This document shows positions 1-13,351 of a stretch of 64,000 bases of DNA, in pieces (positions within the stretch are counted from its first letter, which is position 1; each line of letters starts with the position of its first letter). This DNA comes from Octopus vulgaris. Its lineage: Eukaryota. The notes beneath the pieces were generated by a model that saw nothing but the letters and a program-made list of their open reading frames with translations, had not been told where the DNA came from and searched no databases. Location: positions 92,070,001-92,134,000 of the forward strand of contig OX597819.1 in NCBI GenBank assembly GCA_951406725.2. The letters are read 5' to 3'. Both the position numbers and the translations under genes were made by a program.

Positions 1-90
1 ATTCATCGAGAATGTTTCTTAAAGTATTTTGCTAAGAAAGAATAACTTCCATTTTTGAAAATGTTATTGTAATCGCTTTCTTTTCTTTCG

Positions 91-545
91 AAGGCATGGG
101 TGTGTGGTTAAGAAGGCCGTTTTGCCACCGAGTAGTTTCAGGCTCAGTCCCACTGCGCAGCACCTTGGACGAATGTCTTCTACTGTAGCCCCAAAGCCGA
201 CCGACGCCTTGTGATGGAATTTGTAAGACGGAAACTGTGCAAAACCTCTTGCACACTCACACACACACATACACAAACACACATGCACACACACAACGCA
301 CATAAATATGCGTAAAATATTCAAATGTGTACGTGTGTAGATGGGTAAGTCGGTGTGTTTGTGTTTGTGCGTGAGTGCGTGTGTACCTGGGTGTGTATAT
401 GAGTGCGTGTGAGACTGTATGTGTGTGTGTGTGTGTGTGGTAGAAATGTCCCTCTCACCTCATGACAAACGGTATTGGTTTATATACGACCCCATATCTT
501 ACGATCCAGCAAAAGAGACCGAGAGAATAGTCATCAAAGTGTTAC
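91..545 (+). mobile_element. tRNA-derived SINE, family B (degenerate, internal CA/TG microsatellite)
   Basis: Head 'ggcatgggtgtgtggttaagaag...caggctcagtcccactgcgcagcaccttgg' and 3' part 'gcaaaagagaccgagagaatag' match the cleaner copy at 63189-63599. Confidence 0.75.
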
Positions 546-552
546 AAAGAAG

Positions 553-1197
553 TCATAAGGCAGCGGATTCCAAGCCCAAGGTCACATCATAGAAATCTAC
601 CGTCTTCAGGTTGATTTCTATTGTGATCTTCAGGCCAAGAGAATTCAGGTTGTGGAGAAGATCCTTTCTAAGTCTATCAAGTGTGTGGCTGTTCGTCCCT
701 CTCGATATTGACAAAGCATCTTCTCCATAAAGGTTAAATCTAGTAGAAGGGAATTTCTTATTAAGTAAGTACAGGATGTAAAAAATCAGAAACAAGGTCA
801 CACACATCAGCGCTGTCGAATGCTCCCATCGCTACGTTGAGAAAGCCCTCTGCTGAACTGTAGGGTTTCTCTGCCTTACATGATAATGTGCATGTTATCT
901 CCTACCACAGTTTAGGATCCAGCGAAACCAGTGTCTTATACAATAGTTTCCTCGATACAAACAGGCAAAACTTTGGTAAACCCTGCTCTACATATATCCC
1001 TTTTGGTTTTAAACCATATAATGACCTATCTGTTGTTGCGTTAAAGGGTGAGGCATCCTAATGTTGTAGCCGCCGTATTTTTTCCAGACCAACGATCTCT
1101 GAAAGGAACAAGGCGTTACTTAATTACACTGTTATCAAATATCCGGTTATTTGTTATCCAATGCAAAACTGATTACCAAGAGTGGCTGGGAAGGATT

Positions 1198-1199
<2 letters not shown>
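553..1199 (-). mobile_element. Penelope-like element reverse transcriptase remnant
   Basis: Minus-strand peptides NVAMGAFDSADVCDLV and NLYGEDAL...DRLRKDL...GLKITIEINLKTVDFYDVTL resemble PLE RT motifs (MG...LYRDDGL...VDFLDVTL); frameshifted. Confidence 0.75.
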
Positions 1200-1230
<31 letters not shown>

Positions 1231-1240
<10 letters not shown>

Positions 1241-1678
1241 GTGTAGGAAGAAATGGAGCTGAACGAAGATTTAACAAAATTCCTTTTTATTATTTTCTAC
1301 ATATGTTTCAAAGGCTGCAAAGTCCCTAATTCGGATTGAATAAGGAGTCCATTTTGCAGCCTTCTCTTCGGGAAAATCCAAGAACTTAATTCTCCAACAA
1401 AATGCACAGCAAGCTTTTCGACAAACGCTCACGAGGAGCCCATGGAATAAATGGCCATTTATTCCATGGGATCCTCGTGAGCGTTTGTCGAAAAGCTTGC
1501 TGTGCATTTTGTTGGAGAATTAAGTTCCTGGATTTTCCTGAAGAGAAGGCTGCAAAATGGACTCCTTATTCAATCCGAATTAGGGACTTTGCAGCCTTTG
1601 AAACATATGTAGAAAATAATAAAAAGGAATTTTGTTAAATCTTCGTTCAGCTCCATTTCTTCCTACACTAAATATATA
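1231..1678. repeat. 448-bp near-perfect spacerless palindrome (fold-back element)
   Basis: Symmetric about 1454/1455 (atgg|ccat); mirror ORFs 1271-1507(-) and 1402-1638(+); about 3 arm mismatches by eye; left end abuts (TA)n. Confidence 0.95.
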
Positions 1679-1935
1679 AAACTTCAAATTTCCGCACTAA
1701 GGCACGGATTTTAGGCCCCATGGTCGTAACCTCAACCGTGCTTTTTCTGTTGTGATTTTTGCTACCCAGGTGTCGGTTATCACTTGAATAATCCGTAATA
1801 AGATAATTCATTTATCTACTTCAATATATATATATATATATATGTACGTATGTATATATGTATGTATATATGTATGTATGCGTGCATGCGTGCATGTATG
1901 TGGGTATATGTATATATATGTATCTCCCCCCTCTT

Positions 1936-1971
<36 letters not shown>

Positions 1972-2231
1972 ATGTTTTAGTATATAAAGTAGTTATGTGA
2001 TTCGGCGTATGTAAGCTCTCTTAGCAAGGCTGCTTACGAATGCATCCGTGACCACAAACGTCAATCAGCCTCTGACTGCTTGAAATAGGAGCCCTTGAGA
2101 TTGCTGGATATCGAATATGCATAACCCATCCGCTAACCCCCACACATATATTTCAAAATATGAAGTAATTTTCATACATAGTTTCTATATATATGTGTAC
2201 ATATATATTCTTGTGTGTATGTGTTTGTGTG

Positions 2232-2309
<78 letters not shown>

Positions 2310-2808
2310 CATAAATGCATAAAAGATGGATGCTATCACACATAGATATTAACATATAAACGTAGTGGAATCCGGTCACACACACAAACACACACACACA
2401 CACACACACACACGCACGCACACACAAACACACACACAGACACACACGCTCATTTAAGTAAGTGTACACATCTCTTCACTTAGAATCACAGGAAAGCAAA
2501 CACGTAGAACAGCGAAAGCAAAGATCATCATTTAATGTCAGAGGTGTTGCTACGGATTTCATTGGTTTAAATAAATAATATGAATTTGTCATAATTGTAC
2601 TTTATTGTTAAACTAAAATGTCAATAGGTTTCAAGAATATAAACCCAGCAAACCTTCTGTAGACATTTGAATATAGTTACTCGCTCTTTTCCTTATCTCC
2701 ACCGCTGTATCTCTTTATGTCTTTGTTTGATTTTAAAGATCTCTCTATCTATCTATCTGTCTGTCTGTCCCTATATTACTACAGACATACATACAAAGAC
2801 ACACACAC

Positions 2809-2863
<55 letters not shown>

Positions 2864-3185
2864 CACATACATATATATACACACTTACATACACACATGC
2901 ATACATACATACATACATACATACATACATACATACATACATACATACATACATACATACATACATACTTACATATATATAATGCAGAGATATGTATGTA
3001 TATAAATATATATACACATGCATGTCTGCGTGTGAGCTATCTGTCTCTCTATCTGTCTATACCTTTATGTGTGTTTGTGTGAGGCATACATTTATGTCTG
3101 TATGAATGTATGTATATGTGTATGTATGTATGTATGTATGTATGTATGTATGTATGTATGTATGTATGTATCTATTTATCTATCA

Positions 3186-3340
<155 letters not shown>

Positions 3341-3433
3341 TACTTGGAAATGGATTCGTGTTGTTCAATTAGATAATAATATAAATAATGTATATATATG
3401 TATATATACGTATGTATGCGTATATATATATAT

Positions 3434-4204
3434 CCAACAACATCAGAGACTTGGGAGTAATTGTGGACAACAACATAAGCTGGGCCACTCATATAAACAC
3501 CAAAGTTGACATGGCCCGCAGAATGTGTTCCTGGATTCTCAGAATTTTCCAGTCGAGAGATATCCACACCATTATCCTTCTCTTCTCTACTTTTGCCCGA
3601 CCCCACCTTGAATACTGTTGTCCACTGTGGTCTCCCCACACAAAACAAAGTATCATAAAAGTTGAAGCACCTCAAAGGGCAATCACAAAAAAGATAGATG
3701 GCATGACAGGCCTCGACTATTGGGGTCGACTAGAAAAGCTAAAACTTTATTCTCTCCAACGTCGTCGTGAGCGCTACATCATCTGCATGATGTGGAAAAT
3801 ATTCCATCAGCATTGCCCAAATGATATTGGCATCACCTTTAAGGTACATCCAAGGCTTGGGCCCCGTGCCATCCGCCCAAAACAAAAATCGCACTCTGAT
3901 CTCATAACAACAATACGGCACAATTATTTCACCTCAATTGGCCCCGCTCTCTTCAACATTACACCAAAACACATTAAAACAGAAACTGACCCTATAGGGT
4001 TCAAGAAGTCTTTGGACAGATTCCTTCAAGAAATCCCGGATAAACCCCCTACACCCGGATATGTCTCTGTAAACAATAACTCCCTACTTGAGTGGGCCAT
4101 AATGCCCAAATTCTGACTTGAAAGACTTCACCAGGTGGTGCTATTAAGTTAGACATGGCCTGGGCCAATAATGGCCGAAACCTATCAAAGTATCAAAGTA
4201 TCAA

Positions 4205-4207
<3 letters not shown>
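3434..4207 (+). mobile_element. 5'-truncated CR1/L2-group LINE (RT C-terminus, 3'UTR, tandem tail) inserted in (TA)n
   Basis: RDLGVIVD...ARPHLEYCCPLWSP...RLEKLKLYSLQRRRER...FKKSLDRFL, open to stop at 4116; tail of repeated tatcaaag. Confidence 0.9.
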
Positions 4208-4250
<43 letters not shown>

Positions 4251-4256
4251 TATATC

Positions 4257-4556
4257 AGTACAGGATTTCACCAACAGTAAAAAACATGAAATATGAAAAC
4301 AAATGAATTTAATATGTAAACAACGAGAAAAAAAATGGTAAACTCGACAAGTAACACAAAGAATGACACTTTATCAGTTGTCGGCTATCTATCTACTCCT
4401 CATTTCGAGCAGGAATACATAGACAGCCGATTACTGATGAAGGGTCATTCTTTGTGGTACTTGTCCTGTTTTCCATTTTTTTCTCTCGTTGTTTACTTAT
4501 CAAACTTATTTGGTCTCGTATTTCATGTTGCTTACTGTTGGTGACGTCTTGTACTC
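4257..4556. mobile_element. Imperfect fold-back (MITE-like) element within TA repeats
   Basis: Arms 'caccaacagtaa...aaacaacgaga...cacaaagaatgac' and 'gtcattctttgtg...tctcgttgttt...ttactgttggtg'; single-arm copies at about 7840-7990 and 11965-12090. Confidence 0.75.
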
Positions 4557-4565
4557 ATATATGCA

Positions 4566-4655
<90 letters not shown>

Positions 4656-4818
4656 ATACATACATACATGCATTCATACATATATACATACATACATACA
4701 CACATACATGCATACATACATACATACACATATATACAGAGAGAGAGAGAGACAGAAAGTCGAGAGACGATAAGTGTGTTAGTATGAGGAGCATAGTGAT
4801 AAATATATATATATACAT

Positions 4819-4876
<58 letters not shown>

Positions 4877-5546
4877 ACACTGTCGGAGCTTGTTCTCAAT
4901 GGAATTGTTGCCGTTATGATTATAATTTACATAACCACTGTTTCCGTTGATGGTATTTTGCTGTCTTCTATTATTATATAAGACAGCAAAATTTTCTTTC
5001 TGAATTGCTGGACGTTGTTTTCTTCGTCTGATATCAGACACAATAATAACATTTAAGAAAAAAAACACATTCACAATTATATTTCAACATTATTGTTAAA
5101 AAGCTATGACATATAAATTTAATTGGCAGGGTTGTTATCCTGAGATTTCGTGACATTAAACATCCTCAAAGCTGAAGAATCTCTTTTAGGATCCTTAAAG
5201 AATATAGGAAGATACTTTTCAGCAGATGAACCATACTCAATGTATATATACGGCAGACTGGGAGATAGTTCGAAGGTAATGCGGCGTGCACTAGTTACGG
5301 CAGGAACAATTTTCAACTTGGTTTTTCCGCAATTTCTTCATGTTTCTCGCTTGGTTCCGATATGTCTTAGTATTCTCAATATTCTGTTTATTATTGTCCA
5401 AATTTCGCCGAGTTTGATCTTGCCTTTTATCTTTTTGTGATCGATAAACTAAGTACAAGTTGAACAGTGAGGTCGATCTATTCCACGCCTCCTCTGAAAC
5501 AGCTGGCCTTGTGCTAAAATTTAAAATCATTACTATTATTATTATT

Positions 5547-5614
<68 letters not shown>

Positions 5615-5651
5615 CATCATCATCATCATCATCATCATTATTATTATTATT

Positions 5652-5858
5652 GAATGCTGCGAGCTGGCAGAATCGTTAGCGGCGTGCTAAACGAAATGCT
5701 TAGCAGTATTTCGCTCGTCGCTCCATTCTGAGTTCAAATTCGAATTTACCTTTCATTCTTTCGGGATTGATAAATTAAGTAGCAGTGGAGTACTGTAGTC
5801 GATGTAATTAACCGTCCCCTCCTCACAAAATCTAGGCCTTGTAGCTATAGTAGAAGGA

Positions 5859-5860
<2 letters not shown>
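5652..5860 (+). mobile_element. tRNA-derived SINE, family A (copy 1 of a duplicated pair)
   Basis: 'gagctggcagaatcgttagc...ctgagttcaaattc...cctttcattctttcggg...', followed by (ATT)n. Confidence 0.85.
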
Positions 5861-5897
<37 letters not shown>

Positions 5898-5918
5898 GTT
5901 ATTATTATTATTATTATT

Positions 5919-6470
5919 GAGTGAGAGAGCAGTTCATGCCATCAAAGTGACACTGGGGTAAAATATACGAAGCCCAATATACCCATCATGACTACCCGTC
6001 TGATAAAGGTACACCAGGCACATGCATCACAACCATATGTGCGCGACATGGTGATCTAATGTCAAGATAAACAGCACATGACCTTGCAGGTGGGGCCCAG
6101 TTAGAATTTTCTTCAGATCGAGTAACCCATCCTGCTCAAAAGGTCCCTGAATAAGGGTTGTTTAAGGATGTTGAACGAAACACCCATGTTTCCAGAGGTG
6201 AATTATTCAAACCCCAAAGAATCCCTCTCAACACATGGCTATGATGCTCCCCCACTACTTATGCTCGTGATCAGAGACGCACATATCATCAGCCACCAAG
6301 GGACATGCTCAACTGGTTAAGGTCAAACAACTGACAAGCAAATCTGCGGTATTGAGCAGAATATTTGCTGTAGCCCATATTTTATACCAAGACAAAACAA
6401 TGTACATAACACTTCCAATCAGTTAAGATCAGAAGCCATGAGAGCCACTGCCTGGTACTGCATCAGGGCA
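5919..6470. mobile_element. About 550-bp non-coding interspersed-repeat-like insert in (ATT)n
   Basis: Complex sequence bounded by (ATT)n tracts and by two nearly identical SINE blocks; no ORF recognised. Confidence 0.5.
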
Positions 6471-6558
6471 TTTACTGATGCAGTAAATAATATTATTAGT
6501 ATTATTATTATTATTATTATTATCATTATTATTATCATCATCATCATCCTCATCATCA

Positions 6559-6590
<32 letters not shown>

Positions 6591-6797
6591 GAATGCTGCG
6601 AGCTGGCAGAATCGTTAGCGGCGTGCTAAACGAAATGCTTAGCAGTATTTCGCTCGTCGCTCCATTCTGAGTTCAAATTCGAATTTACCTTTCATTCTTT
6701 CGGGATTGATAAATTAAGTAGCAGTGGAGTACTGTAGTCGATATAATTAACCGTCCCCTCCTCACAAAATCTAGGCCTTGTAGCTATAGTAGAAGGA

Positions 6798-6799
<2 letters not shown>
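6591..6799 (+). mobile_element. SINE family A (copy 2, nearly identical to 5652-5860)
   Basis: One difference seen (gatgtaatta vs gatataatta). Confidence 0.85.
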
Positions 6800-6884
<85 letters not shown>

Positions 6885-6885
6885 T

Positions 6886-7105
6886 AAGGTGGTGAGTTTG
6901 CAGATTCTTTAACACACCGGGCAAAGTGCTTAGTTGTATTTCGTCTGTGTCTTTATGTTCTGAGTTCATATTCCGCCGAGGTCAACTTTGCCTTTCATCC
7001 TTTCAGGGTCTATAAATTGAGTACCAGTGAAACACTCGGGTTGAGGTAATCGAACAGTCTCCTCCTACAAAATTTCAGGCGTTGTGCCTTTAGTGGAAAG
7101 GATTA
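6886..7105 (+). mobile_element. SINE family A
   Basis: 'aaggtggtgagtttggcag...ttctgagttcatattccgccgaggtcaactttgcctttcatcc...'. Confidence 0.8.
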
Positions 7106-7169
7106 TTATTATTATTATTGTTGTTGTTGTTATTGTTGCTGTTGTTGCAGCTGCTGTTATTGTTGTCTT

Positions 7170-7371
7170 ACAACTTACTTAGGGAGAAGAACAGGGTGAC
7201 AGTTGTTCACAACTAGTGGACTAAGGTAACAATCTTCATTCAGATCTTGAGAGCTCTGCGGAGGGTACGTGCAGTTCCAGCCAACACTGTTTATTGTAGT
7301 TGCTCTACCTTTCCTTACCCTATCTTTTCAACCTAGTTCATGAACTTGGTACTTATATTGCGCACGGCTTT

Positions 7372-7407
<36 letters not shown>

Positions 7408-7790
7408 CACCTTCATTAATGACCAGTCTTTGTTATAACCCTCAACTAATTATCATAGCTGAGCAACTTCCCTTCCGCTCTCTCCGATCCTCGGTCATAC
7501 CAGGACATGCAACATTTATGTTTAAACAGTTCTTTTTCTCCGTATTCACTACCACTACATCGGGCTTTCGCTGTTCAATTATATGATCACGTTCGATCAT
7601 CACATCTATCTTTACCTTGTCAGTCAGTACTACTCCTTCTGTGATTTGTTCGTAGCATCTCGTTGCTCTATCCACTTCATATTGTTCTTGTCTAACGATC
7701 CTCCATGTTTGTATGCGTTCGGTTTCATTGTATATCTCCACTGTTCTGTCATTGTTCCCAACTTTCATCCTACATAATCCAAAATTTTAT
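7170..7790 (-). mobile_element. Dong/R4-type non-LTR retrotransposon 3' end (restriction-like endonuclease)
   Basis: EGVV...DHIIEQRKPDVVVVN...CLNINVACPG and VEQLQ*TVLAGTARTLRRAL match the RLE PD motif and C-terminus; decayed. Confidence 0.8.
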
Positions 7791-8015
7791 TTTGGTAATT
7801 ATGGGAGCAACTGTCTTTGGAGACTCATATTGTCGTTCAGTGCTCGAAATGAGGAGTATATAGAGAACGGACAACTGATGAAGAGTCGTTCTTTATGGTA
7901 CTTGTCCTGCTTTCCATTTGTTTTTCTCGTTGTTTGCGTATTGAACTCATTTGCTTTCGTATTTCATGTTGCTTACTGTTGGTGACGTCCAACGCCACGC
8001 ATCCATTTCCAAGCA

Positions 8016-8081
<66 letters not shown>

Positions 8082-8158
8082 CACCAGTTACAAGATTAAT
8101 TATACACACACGGATATCTATATACAAACACACACACATATATATGTAGGTGTTCGTG

Positions 8159-8221
<63 letters not shown>

Positions 8222-8324
8222 ATATCTATCTATCTCGCCATGAGATGACTAAAACAGGTTTAAAGAAAGATAAACGATACACACACACACACACACACAC
8301 ACCCGCTACACACATGCACGGCAG

Positions 8325-8480
8325 GCTTCCATACTGTTTCCGTCAGCTAAATTCACTCGCAAGGTATTCGTCGGCCTGAGGCTATAGCAGAAGACACTTG
8401 CGCAAAGTGCTGCAAAGTGGAACTGAACCCGCAGCCACATGGTTGGAAAACGGGCCTTTTAACCACACTGACTGACATGT
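8325..8480 (-). mobile_element. SINE family B, 5' half
   Basis: Reverse complement of 'gtggttaaaagg...ccaaccatgtggctgcgggttcagttccac...gtgtcttctgctatagcc'. Confidence 0.75.
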
Positions 8481-8599
8481 CTGTGAATATGTATAGCTGT
8501 TCTTCTCTCTAGATGTTGTAAACAAAAACAAAGATGCTATTGTCACGGCTGGACCACTCTTGTTTACAGAACCGCTCAATCAGAAGTTGACTTGCAGCG

Positions 8600-8899
8600 A
8601 AACTGTCACTACAACAACAGCCACAAGAAGAAGAAGAAGAAGAAGAAGAGCGATGAAAAGCGAAACAAGCAACCTCAAAGGCCATCGACGACAGCAACGA
8701 CAAACGACAAAAGTAACAAAAAGACAACAAAAAAAAAACAGATAATGACAATAACAATAGTAGCAACAAGAAGAACAACAAGACTAACATCAAAAATAAC
8801 TGGAGCGACTGTCATGATGGCAACAACAACAACAACAAAAACAGCAACAACAAAAACAGCAACAACAACACCAAGAGCAACAACAACAACAGCAACAGC

Positions 8900-8936
<37 letters not shown>

Positions 8937-8947
8937 GCAGCAGCAGC

Positions 8948-9041
<94 letters not shown>

Positions 9042-10007
9042 ACAGCGGCAGCAGCATCGGCAAAACAATGGTGACAACGACCACAATTTGGCAACTCCAG
9101 GAATGGCATCAATAGCAACAACGGCGATAGCAACTAGAACAATAGCGCAACAACATCAACAGCACGATAGCAACGACAACTACTACTACTACTACCACCA
9201 CCACCACCACCACCATCACAATAAGGACGAGAGTAACATCATCATTACTCCTACCACCACTGCCACCAACCCTAATGACCAACAACAACCATAAAACAAA
9301 AAACAACGACAAAAAAGATAGCACTAGCATCATCACTACCACCGCTACCACCATAACCACCACCACCACCACCATCACCATCACCTTCCTCCACCAACAA
9401 CAACGACCATAACAACGAGGACAATAACTTCAACACAGCGCTGCCACCACCACCACCGCCACCATCAACACCACCACCACTACCACCACCACCACCACCA
9501 CCACCACCAGCAGCACCACCACCACCACCACCACCACCACCACCTTCCCCCCACCAACAACAACCATAACAACAAGGGCAATAACTTCAACACAGCGCTG
9601 CCACCACCGCTACCACGACGACGACGACGACGACGATGACGACGACGACGACGACCACCACCACCGACAACAACAACAACATCGTAAAAAATGGTCGATA
9701 GTGTGTCGAAATTTCCTTTTCGTTCCAGTTCTTATTTTTAGATTGTAACAACATTCTTGAACTGACAAGAAGACAGTGTAAGACGTAAAAATAACGATAT
9801 CAATTAACCAATGAAAAGTCATTCTTCATAGTAACGGAAATAAACAACAAAGAAGAAGAAGAAGAAAAGAATAAAGAATTAAACAAATGAAAACATTAAC
9901 AGAAAAAAAAAGAAACAAACGGAAAATATAACAAAATAAAACAAATAACAAAAATGTCTACATAGAGATGCATCATCGAAGGTATTGACGAACGGTCCAT
10001 ACTACTG

Positions 10008-10063
<56 letters not shown>

Positions 10064-10156
10064 GCTGCTCTACTACTACTACTACTACTACTACTACTCT
10101 CTGCTGCTGCATAGAGATGCATCATCGAAGGTATTGACGAACGGTCCATACTACTG

Positions 10157-10236
<80 letters not shown>

Positions 10237-10246
10237 ACTACTACTA

Positions 10247-10277
<31 letters not shown>

Positions 10278-10299
10278 CGCCACAACAACAACAACAATA

Positions 10300-10386
<87 letters not shown>

Positions 10387-10799
10387 GCTACTGCTGCTAC
10401 TGTTGTTGCTGTTGTTGTTTGTAACAACAGTTACTATATAGTGCTACATATTCATCACCGCTACCACCACCACCACCACCACCCTCATCATCAGCATCGT
10501 CATCATAATCATTCCTATGACCACCACCGCCACCACCACCACCACCACCACACCACCACTACAAACAGCAACAACAACAACAACAATAACGACACGTACT
10601 GCCATCATCTTAATCATCATCATCACCGCCACCACCGTTACCACTTTCACCACTACTACCATCATTACCATCACTACTAGCACCACTAACACTTTCGTCA
10701 TACTCCTCATCATCATCATAATCACCACCACAACAACCATCAGGAGCATCATCACCATCATCACAGCCATCACCACTACCACCTCCAGGCCCATCGTCG

Positions 10800-10833
<34 letters not shown>

Positions 10834-11040
10834 TGTCATCGTCGTCGCCGTTGTTGTTATTGTTGCCGTCGTCTTCGTCGTTGTCGCTGTCGTCATCCTC
10901 GTTGACAATTACAAGAATACAATTCCGAGCATCACCAACCATAAGAAGGGTAAAAACCAAAACCCTGATGAGAGTCACCACTGCCACCACTACAACCGCC
11001 GCCTCCATCACCGTTAACACCACCCCTACTACCACCGTTC
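8600..11040. repeat. 2.4-kb compound trinucleotide microsatellite field (CAA/CAG/CAC/TAC/TGC/CAT)
   Basis: Seen directly; includes internal duplicated units at 9961-10020/10110-10170 and about 9380-9455/9540-9610. Confidence 0.95.
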
Positions 11041-11659
11041 AGTCACTCTTTGAAACACCTGTCTGTGTTCGGATTGTCCTCGCACAGCGGCCATCCGGAC
11101 TCACGTTCGCGCCGTGAGCAAGGATTAATCTTCTCTCTTCGCTTCTTTGCGCATCATGGGCTCAAATATCCGCCCCTCTTAATCTAACCTCCTCCCTCCT
11201 CACCCCTCTCCTCTCTTCCTCTAACACCTACTTCCTCCCACCCACCTCTCCTCTCTTGCTCTGACTCCTACATCTTCTCTTCACTACTACTCTCCTTCTC
11301 TCTTCTCTTCACTCCTACCCACCTACACCCTTCCCCCTCACCCTTCATCGTCACCCCTCCATCTTAATCCCACCCCACACAATACAACACCACCTTCCCT
11401 ATCCATCCCATCTCACCTCCACCCCATCCCCTACATCCACTCCCACTTACCCCACCTCTACCCCTACACATAAACACATGCACACGTCAAGGTCACCAGC
11501 CCTCTTCCACGCGCACATACATGCTCTCTTATCCACACGCATATACATGCTCTCTTATACAAACGCATGCGCACCTTCGTTTTAGGATCACCACTACTTT
11601 ATTATCTCTCCTTCTTCTTAGCTCTCCTGTGTGAACCCTCCGTGCGGTATTCGCCATGA

Positions 11660-11846
11660 TAGATCGCTAGCCACTACACATTCTTTATTTTCTCTCCCTG
11701 TTTCTTTCTGTGTTCCTTTTTGTGGAAGAGCATAGACTCGAAACTTTAAACACTTTTTCACTTCCCGAGCGTTAAACTAATACATCTATTTATTATCTAC
11801 ACCACCTGTCTTCGTCTTTTGTCTTTATTTGGGAATTCTTCCCCTA
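11660..11846 (+). mobile_element. Short TA-associated element with degenerate HHR-like motif (family H)
   Basis: Homologous to 16530-16710(-) and 18705-18841(+): 'gaagagcatagactcgaaac...caccacctgtcttcgtc'. Confidence 0.7.
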
Positions 11847-12123
11847 TATATGTATATATATATAATATACCACATGGTTCCGAGTTCTGTTTCCTTGCGT
11901 GGCACTATGCTATAGCCCCGGGCCGACCAAAGCCTTGCTCAAAATGAGGGGTAGATAGACAGTCGACAACTGGTGAAGGTTCCTTTCTCTACGTTTAGTT
12001 GTCTTGTTTTCCATTCTTTTCTCGTTGTTTACATATTTCACTCGTTTGTCTACGTATGTCATGCTATTTGTACCGTTGGTGACGTCCGTACCCATAAATG
12101 CATGTATATATATATATTATTTG

Positions 12124-12220
<97 letters not shown>

Positions 12221-12479
12221 CATACATACGTCAGCAAACAAACACACGCATGCACTCTACAGACAGAAAATATTGTCAATTGTTATGATTCTGGTATCCT
12301 CAGAGGAAATGAGAATCAAGCGCATGGCGATGAAGTAAGAAGATAACAAATATCACGTATTCTTACTCTTATTTTTGAATCATTGAATTCTTTATTATTG
12401 CCGATAGGTTCGATTACCCGATCGATACATATGTCTGTGTATAATTGTATGTGTGTGTGTTTTGATAAATATCGTTAGA

Positions 12480-12682
12480 GGTGGACGTCGAGCTGGCCGC
12501 ACCGGACAAAATACGTAGCGGCATTTCTTCCACCTTTAAGTTCTTAGTTCAAATATCAATGGACTCGACTTTGCCTTTCATCATTTCGAGGTCTGTAAAA
12601 TAAGTACTAGTTAAGTACTGACGTCGGTGTAATCGGCTTACACACTCCACGAAGTTACTGGTCTTGTGCCAAAACCTTGAAC
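12480..12682 (+). mobile_element. SINE family A (old)
   Basis: 'gagctggcc...gttcaaat...cgactttgcctttcatc...taagtactag'. Confidence 0.7.
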
Positions 12683-12924
12683 TAATACATATCGGCGTAG
12701 GGTCTAAATGTCATTAAGGAAATCAATGTTCTTGGAGTAAAGACCAATGACTTGCACATAATATATTGTGGCTGCTGCTTGTGATAAACGCAGTCAGTCA
12801 GTGATCAGAGTTTTGGAAACCTGTAATTAACGACGCTATTGTTCACAAATAGCGATATAAACTAAATGCATAAATCTCAGCCTTGCTACCTCCGGTTGCC
12901 ATGAAAAACTGAAGAGGTTGAATA

Positions 12925-13135
12925 ATTCTTTCTAATTTTGGTACAAGGCCAGCAATCTTGAGATGTGTGTGTATGGAAAGTCGATTACATCGATCCCAGT
13001 ATTGGACGGTTATTTATTCTATCGACTTCGAAAGGATGAAAGGCAAAGATGACCTCAGTAGGAGTTGAACTCAGGACGTAAAGAACGGTAAGCATTTTGA
13101 CCGACGCTGTAACAATTCCGTGAGCCATTGTCTTA
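12925..13135 (-). mobile_element. SINE family A (old)
   Basis: Plus strand 'atcgacttcgaaaggatgaaaggcaaag...gaactcaggacgtaaag' is the reverse complement of the family core. Confidence 0.7.
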
Positions 13136-13218
13136 CAGCAAAAGAAAGTTGAATGGCTGATCTGAAGTTCATATCTTCCTCATCATCATCGACGTCGTTG
13201 CCGCCGTCTTCATCGCTG

Positions 13219-13262
<44 letters not shown>

Positions 13263-13351
13263 CTGTCGTCGTCGTTGTCGTCATCATCATCGTCGTCGTC
13301 GTCGTCATCATCATCATCATCATTATCAATAACAAATATCGAACACTAGGT

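Noticed and set aside
1271-1638. Twin 78-aa ORFs on opposite strands
   Set aside because: They are a by-product of the palindrome and match no recognisable protein.
1700-1742. HHR-like topology in the palindrome tail (gcacgg...ggcc/ggtc gtaa...ccgtgc)
   Set aside because: The core nucleotides do not match CUGANGA/GAAA; too degenerate to call.
7840-7890. gctcGAAA...CTGATGAagag as a permuted (type II) hammerhead
   Set aside because: No convincing stem I or stem III can be formed.
8592-11035. Poly-T/H/Y/Q ORFs resembling mucin or His-rich proteins
   Set aside because: They are open in several frames on both strands only because of trinucleotide repeats; no domain or gene structure is present.
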